Source: an uncultured SAR116 cluster alpha proteobacterium (GTDB lineage Bacteria; Pseudomonadota; Alphaproteobacteria; Puniceispirillales; Puniceispirillaceae). Taken from it: a DNA stretch of 64,000 bases. Shown piece by piece: positions 30,041 through 38,713 of this stretch (positions are counted from its first letter, which is position 1; each line of letters begins with the position of its first letter). Made by a program: the position numbers and the translations under genes. The notes below the pieces were generated by a model. The model did not search any database. It saw only the letters and a program-made list of their open reading frames with translations, and had not been told where the DNA came from. Location of the stretch: contig CABYIQ010000004.1 of the NCBI GenBank assembly GCA_902518965.1, positions 35,262 through 99,261 on the forward strand, read 5' to 3'.

Positions 30041-30316
30041 TCAGCTGAGATCGTCATCTGGGTCCTGCCAGGCCGCTTCATCATGACCAGAGCGGGCAGA
30101 ATAAAAGCTTAACGCCATCAGGCCGCCTCCCAGGACCACCATGCCAACTGAACCGGCAATAAGTGCAATCCAGCCATGCAGGCCAAGAGCAATCTGTCCC
30201 ATCTGATACCAAACAACATAACTGCTGAGAGCGATCACAATAAGGCTGGTCATAGCAAACAGTACAGCTACACCTGTCCGCCGTCTGCGCTGGTCTGTTT
30301 CTTTATCAATAGGCAT
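30041..30316 (-). CDS. Small two-TM hypothetical membrane protein
   Basis: Two hydrophobic segments and a C-terminal LMALSFYSARSGHD motif; fills a gap with no overlap. Confidence 0.7.
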   Translation of the reverse strand: MPIDKETDQRRRRTGVAVLFAMTSLIVIALSSYVVWYQMGQIALGLHGWIALIAGSVGMVVLGGGLMALSFYSARSGHDEAAWQDPDDDLS

Positions 30317-30381
30317 TTTTAGTCTTTCTTAAGCTGTCCAGTACAAAGCTGGCCATGTTTGAACTGTTCAGGATAACAACT

Positions 30382-31554
30382 CTATTTTGCGGCAAGTTCG
30401 CTTTCAACAAGAGCTGCCCAATAGCTGGTTCCTGTTGGCAGAATTTCATCATTGAAATCATAACCAGTGTTATGCAACATTCTGCCGGCTTCAGCTTCCC
30501 CTGCCCCCAACCAGATATAGGCGCCTGGCTTTGCTTCCAGCATAAAGGCAAAATCTTCCGCACCCATTGAGGGTTCCGGGTTCATATGGACGCGGTCTGC
30601 TCCAACGACCGCCCGAGCCACATCCGCAGCCCGCAAGGCCTCTGCCTGATGGTTAACTGTTGGCGGATAACCTTGCCGCCAGTCAAGCGAAATTGTACAG
30701 CCATGCGACTCAGCGGTAAGCCTGGATACATCGCGAAGCGATTGTTCTAACCTGGCTCGTGTTTCCGGGCGGAAGGCGCGAACTGTCCCGCCTAACATGA
30801 CCTCATCAGGAATGACATTAAACGCGCTGCCACCATGAATTGTGGTGATTGACAAAACAGAGGAATCCTGCGGATTCGTGTGTCGGGAGACCAACATCTG
30901 CAGGGCCTGCACAATATGTGCCGCCGCCAGGACTGGATCGATAGCCTGATGCGGCATCGCAGCATGACCACCACGTCCAGTCACTGTCATCTCAAAATGA
31001 TCTGCACTAGCCATGCTCGCACCTTCTGAAACAGCAATTTCACCTGCGGGTAGGCCTGGCCAGTTATGCATGCCCCAAACCGTTTCCATCTGATAATCAG
31101 CAAACAGACCCTCATCAATCATCTTGGCGGCCCCTGCACCACCTTCTTCTGCAGGCTGGAAGATAAAATAGACAGTGCCGTCAAAATTACGTGTTTCCGC
31201 AAGATACCGGGCCGCTCCCAACAGCATGGTCATATGTCCATCATGGCCACAGGCATGCATACGGCCTTCTGCTTTTGATTTATGCTCAAAGTCATTTGTT
31301 TCCGGCATGGGCAGGCCATCCATATCTGCCCGCAGACCGATTGACCGGCCTGTATCGGTCTTGCCTTTCAATATGCCAACTACACCTGTGCCGGCTAACC
31401 CCCTGACTACATCAATACCAAATTCGGCCAATTTGCCGGCAACGAAATCAGAGGTCCACACCTCTTCATAACAGATCTCAGGATGGCTGTGCAGCTGACG
31501 GCGCCAATATGTCATCTCATCATGAAAATCTGCCACGCGGTTGATGATTGCCAT
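30382..31554 (-). CDS. M20D amidohydrolase (hippurate hydrolase-like)
   Basis: RRQLHSHPE, LRADMD, MHACGHDGH, FQPAEEG, GGHAAMPH, AEDF. Confidence 0.9.
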   Translation of the reverse strand: MAIINRVADFHDEMTYWRRQLHSHPEICYEEVWTSDFVAGKLAEFGIDVVRGLAGTGVVGILKGKTDTGRSIGLRADMDGLPMPETNDFEHKSKAEGRMHACGHDGHMTMLLGAARYLAETRNFDGTVYFIFQPAEEGGAGAAKMIDEGLFADYQMETVWGMHNWPGLPAGEIAVSEGASMASADHFEMTVTGRGGHAAMPHQAIDPVLAAAHIVQALQMLVSRHTNPQDSSVLSITTIHGGSAFNVIPDEVMLGGTVRAFRPETRARLEQSLRDVSRLTAESHGCTISLDWRQGYPPTVNHQAEALRAADVARAVVGADRVHMNPEPSMGAEDFAFMLEAKPGAYIWLGAGEAEAGRMLHNTGYDFNDEILPTGTSYWAALVESELAAK

Positions 31555-31779
31555 AACTGAACCTCAATTGTGTAACGAATTTGAAATGACATGATAGGTG
31601 AGCCTCACGCATATGTCGACCAAGCACAATGGCTAGTCGTCATTAAGAAAGGTTTTTTTCATCATCTGAGCAATTTTAGGGCTTGAATTTTTGGACTATG
31701 CTTGTGTTTTTTTCTATGCTGACCGAGCGGGTCAAGACCTGACCACACAAGAGACAGCAAACCGAAAGGATATTTCATT

Positions 31780-33078
31780 ATGGCTGGACCAGTTTTGGAT
31801 CGGGGAATTGGTGGGCTGAGAGATAAAGCCAAACGTTATTCTGTGTTTTCTTTGGCACGACAGGCAGCATCATATCATACAGGCTGGCAACAGGCTTGGC
31901 GGCATGCTGAACCTAAAAGCGAATACGACGCGGTAATTATTGGTGGCGGCGGCCATGGCTTGGCGACAGCCTATTACCTTGCATCTGTTCACGGCATGAC
32001 AAATATTGCCGTAATTGAAAAAGGCTGGCTAGGTGGCGGCAACACAGGCCGGAACACAACGATTATCCGCTCAAACTATTTGTGGGATGAATCAGCATCC
32101 ATTTACGAACATGCTCTTAAATTATGGGAAGGGCTGGCACAGGATTTGAACTTTAACATCATGTTCTCTCAGCGCGGGGTGCTGACCATTGCCCATTCTG
32201 AACACGAGCTGAAAGAGATGTCACGGCGGGTTCACGCAATCCGACTGAATGGGATTGATTCCGAAATTCTTAGTCCTCAAGAGATCAAGACATTTGTACC
32301 GATTATGAATACAGACCAGTCGATCCGCTACCCAGTTATGGGGGGATTTCTGCAAAAACGCGGCGGCACAGCCCGTCATGATGCGGTTGCCTGGGGCTAT
32401 GCCCGAGCAGCAGATGACCTAGGCGCTGATATCATCCAGAACTGCGAGGTAACCGCCTTGCGCCGGTCAGGCCGCCGGATTACCGGCATTGAAACGACCA
32501 AGGGCGTGATCAAGACTAGTAAAGTAGGCTGTGTTGTTGCCGGTCATTCTTCTGTATTGGCTGAAATGGCCGGCATGCATCTGCCGTTAGCTAGCCGGCC
32601 TCTGCAGGCCCTCGTCTCTGAGCCGATCAAGCCGATACTAGACACAGTCATTATGTCAAATGCGGTTCATATGTATATCAGTCAGTCAGACAAGGGCGAA
32701 ATGGTTCTGGGGGCCGGAGTGGATAAATATAATTCTTATGCGCAACGCGGTTCATTTCCGGTTCCAGAACATATGCTGGAAGCCGCGGTAGAGCTGTTTC
32801 CAGTATTATCACGTCTGCGGATGCTGCGGCATTGGGGTGGCATTGTGGATACCTGTCCTGATGCTTCTCCAATTATCTCTAAGACAGACGTTGACGGGCT
32901 GTATTTTAACTGTGGCTGGGGCACAGGAGGCTTTAAAGCAACGCCAGGGTCAGGCCATGTGTTTGCTGACTTGATTGCGAACGACCGCCCAAATTCGATT
33001 GCTGAGCCCTATGCGCTGAAACGGTTCGAGACAGGATTTCTGATCGATGAGCATGGCGCGGCAGGTGTCGCCCATTAA
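31780..33078 (+). CDS. soxB: Sarcosine oxidase subunit beta
   Basis: [57 protein letters not shown]. Confidence 0.95.
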   Translation: MAGPVLDRGIGGLRDKAKRYSVFSLARQAASYHTGWQQAWRHAEPKSEYDAVIIGGGGHGLATAYYLASVHGMTNIAVIEKGWLGGGNTGRNTTIIRSNYLWDESASIYEHALKLWEGLAQDLNFNIMFSQRGVLTIAHSEHELKEMSRRVHAIRLNGIDSEILSPQEIKTFVPIMNTDQSIRYPVMGGFLQKRGGTARHDAVAWGYARAADDLGADIIQNCEVTALRRSGRRITGIETTKGVIKTSKVGCVVAGHSSVLAEMAGMHLPLASRPLQALVSEPIKPILDTVIMSNAVHMYISQSDKGEMVLGAGVDKYNSYAQRGSFPVPEHMLEAAVELFPVLSRLRMLRHWGGIVDTCPDASPIISKTDVDGLYFNCGWGTGGFKATPGSGHVFADLIANDRPNSIAEPYALKRFETGFLIDEHGAAGVAH

Positions 33079-33110
33079 CTGTATTCCAAATCAAGAGAAG
33101 ATTGAAAATC

Positions 33111-33476
33111 ATGTTACAGCTTAACTGCCCCTTTTGCGGGCTAAGAGATGAAGCTGAATTCAGCTGCGGCGGAGAGGCCCACATCGCCCGTCCGCTGGCA
33201 GGCAATCAGCTGAATGACAAGGATTTTGCTGATTATTTGTTTCTGCGGGATAATCCAAAAGGGGTTTTTCTTGAACGCTGGCGTCATGCAGCAGGATGCC
33301 GGCGCTGGTTTAATGTGGCTCGTCATACCGTCAGCCACGAGATTATTGAGACCTATGCAATGGGCAGCCTGCCCAAAAGCAAGGCAGCACGGCAGGCTTA
33401 TCAAGAAAGCTGGCGCCGCAAAACAGCCGCAGAGGCTGCTTCAAAACCGGCAAAAAAAGGTAAAGAGGGACGCTGA
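33111..33476 (+). CDS. soxD: Sarcosine oxidase subunit delta
   Basis: CPFCGLRDEAEF and ERWRHAAGCRRWF Zn motif. Confidence 0.93.
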   Translation: MLQLNCPFCGLRDEAEFSCGGEAHIARPLAGNQLNDKDFADYLFLRDNPKGVFLERWRHAAGCRRWFNVARHTVSHEIIETYAMGSLPKSKAARQAYQESWRRKTAAEAASKPAKKGKEGR

Positions 33477-36400
33477 TGGCGAAGAACAAACAGGTTATGC
33501 GTGTGAAAGGCGGTTCCGCTGTGCAGCAAGACAAGCTGGTGCAGTTCACTTTTGATGGAAAAAGCTATATGGGCTGCGCCGGCGATACGCTGGCCTCTGC
33601 CTTGCTAGCCAATAATGTTCATTTGGTCGGCCGGTCTTTTAAATATCACCGCCCACGGGGTATTATGGCTGCTGGGGCTGAAGAAGCAAATGCGCTGGTT
33701 CAGCTCGGGACAGATGGCCGGGTTGAGCCTAATCTGCGGGCAACACAGGTCGAGTTGTATGACGGGCTGGTGGCAAAGTCACAAAACCGTTTCCCGTCCC
33801 TGAAATTTGATGTGGGTCAGGTAAATTCCCTTTTATCGCGCTTCTTTCCAGCCGGGTTTTATTACAAAACCTTCATGTGGCCTGCATCTTTCTGGATGAC
33901 TTACGAAAAATTCATCCGCAATGCAGCAGGGCTGGGCAAGGTTGGCCGCGATCACAATGACCCGGACAGATATGAAAAGCGGCATGCACACTTTGATATC
34001 GTTATCGCCGGTGGCGGGGCATCAGGTCTGATGGCAGCGTGGCAGGCAGGTATGAGCGGGTGCCGCGTTTTGCTTGCTGAAGCTGGCCCGCGCTGCGGAG
34101 GCTGGCTGAACAGTGTGGATGATGTAGAAATTGATAGCCAGCCGGCCCAGGACTGGATCAAAAAGACACTGGTCAGATTGCAGGCGATGGAGAATGTGTC
34201 AGTACTGACACGCACCACCCTGTTTGGCTATGGCGATCATAATTATCTGACCCTTGCTCAAACCGTAACAGACCATTTGAAAGACAAGCCTGCGCATTTG
34301 CCCCGGATGCGGATGTGGAAGGTGCGCGCCCAGCAAGTCATTCTTGCCACAGGGGCAATTGAAAGGCCGTTGGTCTTTTCCGGCAATGACCTACCTGGCG
34401 TGATGCTGGCTTCTGCCGCGCAGACCTATCTTGGCGAATTTGGTGTTCTGCCCGGTAAGCGCGGCATTGTCATGACCAATAATGATGCCACATGGCACAT
34501 AGCGTTTGCTTTGCAGGAAGCTGGCTGTCTTGTCAAAGCGATTGTGGATACACGGCCTTCTGCTTCACCTGCATTAAAGCGCCAAGCTGAAAGCCTTGGC
34601 ATAGAGGTTTTGTCCAGCCATGGGATTACAGCAGCGCACGGCCATCTGAAAGTGGCCCGTGTTGAGGTAAGCCCGTTAACGGCTGACGGCACAGATATCA
34701 CAGGTGATGCTTTGCATATCGACTGCGACTGCATCTTGATGTCAGGCGGCCTGAGCCCAGTTGTGCATCTGCACTCACAAGCCCGCGGCAAGCTGACTTG
34801 GGATGAGAAAACTTTATGTTTCCGTCCATCATCCGCACATGAGGCTGAACAGTCGGCTGGGGCCTGCAATGGAACCTTTGACCTACAAAGAGGCCTAAAA
34901 GAGGCGATCACAGCAGCCGGGAAAGCAGCTAAAGCTGTTGGCATGGCGGTTCAGACCGTTGATGTGCCGGTGGTTGATGCACCACGGATTAACAGAGCTC
35001 CTATGGCGGTCTGGTCGCTGCCAAATGGCCAAGGTGAAGGCGAAAAGGCGTTTGTTGATTTTCAGAATGATGTAACCGCCTCTGATATCAAGCTAGCTGT
35101 GCGGGAAGGGTATCATTCGGTTGAACATGTCAAACGCTATACCACAACCGGAATGGCAACAGATCAGGGTAAGACGTCTAACATTAATGCCCTTGCTATT
35201 CTGGCAGATCAGTTAGGTGACGCGATCCCTGAAGTCGGCACAACCACGTTCCGCATGCCCTACACACCCACATCCATAGGCATGATCGCCGGACGCTCTA
35301 TTGGCAGCCTGTTCGATCCGGTGCGCACAACACAGATGGAAAGCCTACACAGGCAGGCAGGAGCAAAGTTTGAACATGTCGGCCAGTGGATGCGAGCCTG
35401 GTATTACCCTAAAGAGGGCGAGGATATGGAACAGGCAGTCAGCCGTGAAGTTCTGGCCACCCGGCAAGCTGCCGGCCTGTTGGATGCATCAACCTTGGGC
35501 AAAATTGATATCAAGGGACCTGACGCAGCAGAATTCCTGAACAGGATTTATACCAATGGCTGGCTAAAGTTGAAGGTAGGTAGATGCCGCTATGGGCTGA
35601 TGTGCAAGGATGATGGCATGGTGATGGATGACGGGGTCACAACACGGCTGGCGGAAGATCATTTCCATATGACCACGACAACAGGCGGGGCAGCTGGAGT
35701 GCTGGACTGGCTGGAAGAATGGCTGCAAACCGAATGGCCGGAGCTGCGGGTCTATCTCACCTCGGTGACCGAGCAATGGGCTGTGGCCACCTTATCCGGC
35801 CCTGCCGCAAAGGACATACTCACCGCAGCAGGCGTCGATATTGATTTAGCTAATGACGCCTTTCCGTTTATGTCGATGAAAAAAGGGCATGTCAGCGGTC
35901 TGCCTGCACGACTGTTCCGCATTTCCTTTACCGGCGAGCTCTCTTATGAGATTAATGTGCCTGCCCGTTATGGCGCAGCCCTCTGGTCAACATTAATGAA
36001 GGCAGGCGCACCTTTCGGCCTGACCCCATATGGGACAGAAGCTATGCATGTGCTGCGGGCAGAAAAGGGCTTTATTATCGTTGGTCAGGAAACAGATGGA
36101 TCTGTCACACCGCTTGATTTAGGCATGGACTGGATTGTGTCCAAAACAAAAACTGATTTCATTGGCAAGCGAGCACTCGAGCGAGTTTCAATGGCTGACC
36201 CGCAGCGAAAACAGCTGGTTGGCCTGCTGACAGACGATCCAAATAAAGTCATACCGGAAGGCGCGCATGCAGTTTTAGACCCTGACCAGCCTACACCTAT
36301 GGCGATGCTGGGACATGTAACTTCATCTTATTTTAGCCCTAATCTTGGCCATTCCATTGCGATGGGCTTGCTCAAAGGCGGGCATGAACTGATGGGCCAG

Positions 36401-36505
36401 ACCGTTTATATTCCGATGCTTGACGGGCATCCGCCGATTAAAGCCCGGATCACAGATACTAGTTTTTATGATGCGAAGGGAGACCGGTTAAATGGCGCAA
36501 GCTAA
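33476..36505 (+). CDS. soxA: Sarcosine oxidase subunit alpha
   Basis: GDTLASALLAN, RSFKYHRPRG, KRYTTTGMATDQGK, GcvT-like C-terminal ISFTGELSYE. Confidence 0.95.
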   Translation: MAKNKQVMRVKGGSAVQQDKLVQFTFDGKSYMGCAGDTLASALLANNVHLVGRSFKYHRPRGIMAAGAEEANALVQLGTDGRVEPNLRATQVELYDGLVAKSQNRFPSLKFDVGQVNSLLSRFFPAGFYYKTFMWPASFWMTYEKFIRNAAGLGKVGRDHNDPDRYEKRHAHFDIVIAGGGASGLMAAWQAGMSGCRVLLAEAGPRCGGWLNSVDDVEIDSQPAQDWIKKTLVRLQAMENVSVLTRTTLFGYGDHNYLTLAQTVTDHLKDKPAHLPRMRMWKVRAQQVILATGAIERPLVFSGNDLPGVMLASAAQTYLGEFGVLPGKRGIVMTNNDATWHIAFALQEAGCLVKAIVDTRPSASPALKRQAESLGIEVLSSHGITAAHGHLKVARVEVSPLTADGTDITGDALHIDCDCILMSGGLSPVVHLHSQARGKLTWDEKTLCFRPSSAHEAEQSAGACNGTFDLQRGLKEAITAAGKAAKAVGMAVQTVDVPVVDAPRINRAPMAVWSLPNGQGEGEKAFVDFQNDVTASDIKLAVREGYHSVEHVKRYTTTGMATDQGKTSNINALAILADQLGDAIPEVGTTTFRMPYTPTSIGMIAGRSIGSLFDPVRTTQMESLHRQAGAKFEHVGQWMRAWYYPKEGEDMEQAVSREVLATRQAAGLLDASTLGKIDIKGPDAAEFLNRIYTNGWLKLKVGRCRYGLMCKDDGMVMDDGVTTRLAEDHFHMTTTTGGAAGVLDWLEEWLQTEWPELRVYLTSVTEQWAVATLSGPAAKDILTAAGVDIDLANDAFPFMSMKKGHVSGLPARLFRISFTGELSYEINVPARYGAALWSTLMKAGAPFGLTPYGTEAMHVLRAEKGFIIVGQETDGSVTPLDLGMDWIVSKTKTDFIGKRALERVSMADPQRKQLVGLLTDDPNKVIPEGAHAVLDPDQPTPMAMLGHVTSSYFSPNLGHSIAMGLLKGGHELMGQTVYIPMLDGHPPIKARITDTSFYDAKGDRLNGAS

Positions 36506-37100
36506 ATCCGATGCGCAGCAACGCCAGTCTGCCACACTGCCCAGACAGATGCCAAACCCTGAGGGTCGGCAAGAAGATTGCCTGCAGATAAACTATCACC
36601 CGCAGGGGCTGATAAATCTGCGCAACAGCGGAGATGTAAGCAAAATTATGAGTCGGCATTTCGGCACAGCTTTGCCACAGGAGGCAAATAGATTTTCGGT
36701 CAGCGGGGACAGACGCGCGCTCTGGCTGGGGCCAGATGAAAGCCTTCTAATGTGCGCAGATCAGGATGCAGCAGAACTGCACCGCACCCTCGGCACACAG
36801 CTGACAGACCAGCATTTTCAGCTGACCCTTCTATCAGACGCGCTTGCTGTATATGAGCTAAACGGTCCTTATGTGCGAGAAATTTTAGCTAAGGGCTGCG
36901 CGCTTGACCTGCATGTTTCTGTCTTCCGGCCTGGCCAGTGTGCCCAGTCCAGTCTGGACAGGGCGTCAGTTACGCTGATGTGCGAGGCAAGAAACAGCTT
37001 TCGTTTGATCTGCCGAACCAGTTTTGCTGATTATGTGGAAACCTGGCTGAAAGACGCTGCTATCGAATATGGCTATTCGGTCAGAAACAGGCTGAAGTGA
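36492..37100 (+). CDS. soxG: Sarcosine oxidase subunit gamma
   Basis: LWLGPDE, LAKGCALDL, RTSFADY; last gene of soxBDAG. Confidence 0.9.
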   Translation: MAQAKSDAQQRQSATLPRQMPNPEGRQEDCLQINYHPQGLINLRNSGDVSKIMSRHFGTALPQEANRFSVSGDRRALWLGPDESLLMCADQDAAELHRTLGTQLTDQHFQLTLLSDALAVYELNGPYVREILAKGCALDLHVSVFRPGQCAQSSLDRASVTLMCEARNSFRLICRTSFADYVETWLKDAAIEYGYSVRNRLK

Positions 37101-37124
37101 ACCCTTTACCTACTTCTTTTGGTA

Positions 37125-38675
37125 TTAATATTCGCTGTCGGGCAGGGCAGATTTGCGCTGAGCGATATAGGCCATCAGTGCTTCATCTATCGCCGGATCT
37201 AGAGCCGGGGCTTCATAGGCAGCCAGCATATCGGTCGCCTTTTTACGCGCTCTTGCTTCTGCTTCAATACGTCCATCACTGTCCCATTGTTCGAAGGTCG
37301 TGTTATCCGCCATGGATGATCGCCAGAACGCTGTTTCAAAATTAGCCTGTGTATGGCCAGCGCCAAGGAAATGCTGGCCTGGTCCAGCTTCACGCAAAGC
37401 ATCCAGTGCGAGGCCATTATCTGACACATCAATACCGTCAACCATGCTGTCCATCATGGTGAGCTGGTCAGCATCAAGAATGAGCTTGGCATAATCAGCA
37501 ACCAGTCCGCCTTCCAACCAGCCTGCTGAGTGCAAAGCAAAATTCACCCCCCCTAGAACCGTCGGCAATAATGTATGGGCTGATTCATAGGCTGCCTGCG
37601 CATCTGTTGTTTTTGCTCCTGTCAGAGATCCGCCTGACCTGAATGGCACACCCAGCCGCCGGGCAAGTTTTGAGCAGCCATACAAAACCTTGGCTGGTTC
37701 AGGTGTGCCAAAGGTTGGCGCCCCTGTCTGCATGGAAATGGAACTGGCAAAACTGCCAAAAATAACCGGTGAACCCGGATTCAAAGCCTGAGCGAAGGCA
37801 ATTCCGCTCATCGCTTCCGCCAATATCTGTGTAAGGGTGCCAGCAACAGAAACAGGTGACATTGCGCCTGCCAGAATGAAGGGCGAGATAATCGTGCCCT
37901 GCCCGGCTCGCGCATAGACTTTTAGCGCTCCTAGCATGGTATCATCCCATGTCATTGGCGAGTTTGCATTGATCAATGAAACCATGACACATTTTGGGCC
38001 AACAACTTCTTCACCAAAGACAATCTTGGCTAGATTCAGAGTATCCTCTGCACGATCGGGCGCGGTCACTGAGCCCATAAAAGGCTTATCCGTATAACGC
38101 AGATGCGCATAAACCATATCCAAATGCCGCTTAGTCACAGGGAGATCAACAGGCTCGCAAACGGTTCCGCCTGAATGATGGAGGCCAGGCAGCATATATA
38201 CCAGCTTCACAAAATTGTTGAAATCCTCAATCTCTGCATAACGGCGTTCACCATTCAGATCGCGAACAAAAGGCGGACCATAGACAGGTGCAAATACGGT
38301 GTTCTTTCCACCAATTTCAACATTTCTAGATGGATTTCGGGCATACTGGGTGAAGGATGACGGAGCTGTTTTACACAAAGAACGGGCCAACCCGCGCGGG
38401 AAATATACCCGCTCACCTTTAATGTCACAGCCCTTGTCTTTCAAAATAGCCAGCGCTTCTGGATCATCACGGAAATCAATCCCAATTTCTTCCAGAACAG
38501 TCTCGGCATTTTCTTCGATCAACTGGCAGGCCTCTTCACTTAAGATATCAATAGGATCTATTTTTCTGACCAGATATGGCGCGCTTACAGCCTGAGCGGC
38601 TCCTCTGGCCTCACGGCGTGCACCGCGCCCACCGCCACGACGGCTTTTCCGTTCTGGCTGAGTATCATCCATCAC
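37125..38675 (-). CDS. Trimethylamine methyltransferase (MttB) superfamily, non-pyrrolysine; candidate glycine betaine:corrinoid methyltransferase
   Basis: VFAPVYGPPFV, CEPVD, TDKPFMG, PFILAGAMSPV, PFRSGGSLTGAK..DAQAAYES, HSAGWLEGGL; no in-frame TAG. Confidence 0.9.
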   Translation of the reverse strand: MMDDTQPERKSRRGGGRGARREARGAAQAVSAPYLVRKIDPIDILSEEACQLIEENAETVLEEIGIDFRDDPEALAILKDKGCDIKGERVYFPRGLARSLCKTAPSSFTQYARNPSRNVEIGGKNTVFAPVYGPPFVRDLNGERRYAEIEDFNNFVKLVYMLPGLHHSGGTVCEPVDLPVTKRHLDMVYAHLRYTDKPFMGSVTAPDRAEDTLNLAKIVFGEEVVGPKCVMVSLINANSPMTWDDTMLGALKVYARAGQGTIISPFILAGAMSPVSVAGTLTQILAEAMSGIAFAQALNPGSPVIFGSFASSISMQTGAPTFGTPEPAKVLYGCSKLARRLGVPFRSGGSLTGAKTTDAQAAYESAHTLLPTVLGGVNFALHSAGWLEGGLVADYAKLILDADQLTMMDSMVDGIDVSDNGLALDALREAGPGQHFLGAGHTQANFETAFWRSSMADNTTFEQWDSDGRIEAEARARKKATDMLAAYEAPALDPAIDEALMAYIAQRKSALPDSEY

Positions 38676-38713
38676 TTATTTTCCTTTTGCATCGTCATAA
38701 ATGTTTCTGCAGG

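Noticed and set aside
34426-34944. Long antisense ORFs (also 22027-22554, 22935-23381, 62826-63341)
   Set aside because: Shadow frames opposite well-conserved genes with Ser/Ala/Pro-rich composition; no independent evidence
37125-38675. Pyrrolysine recoding in MttB
   Set aside because: The ORF is uninterrupted with no in-frame TAG, and there are no pyl genes in the window
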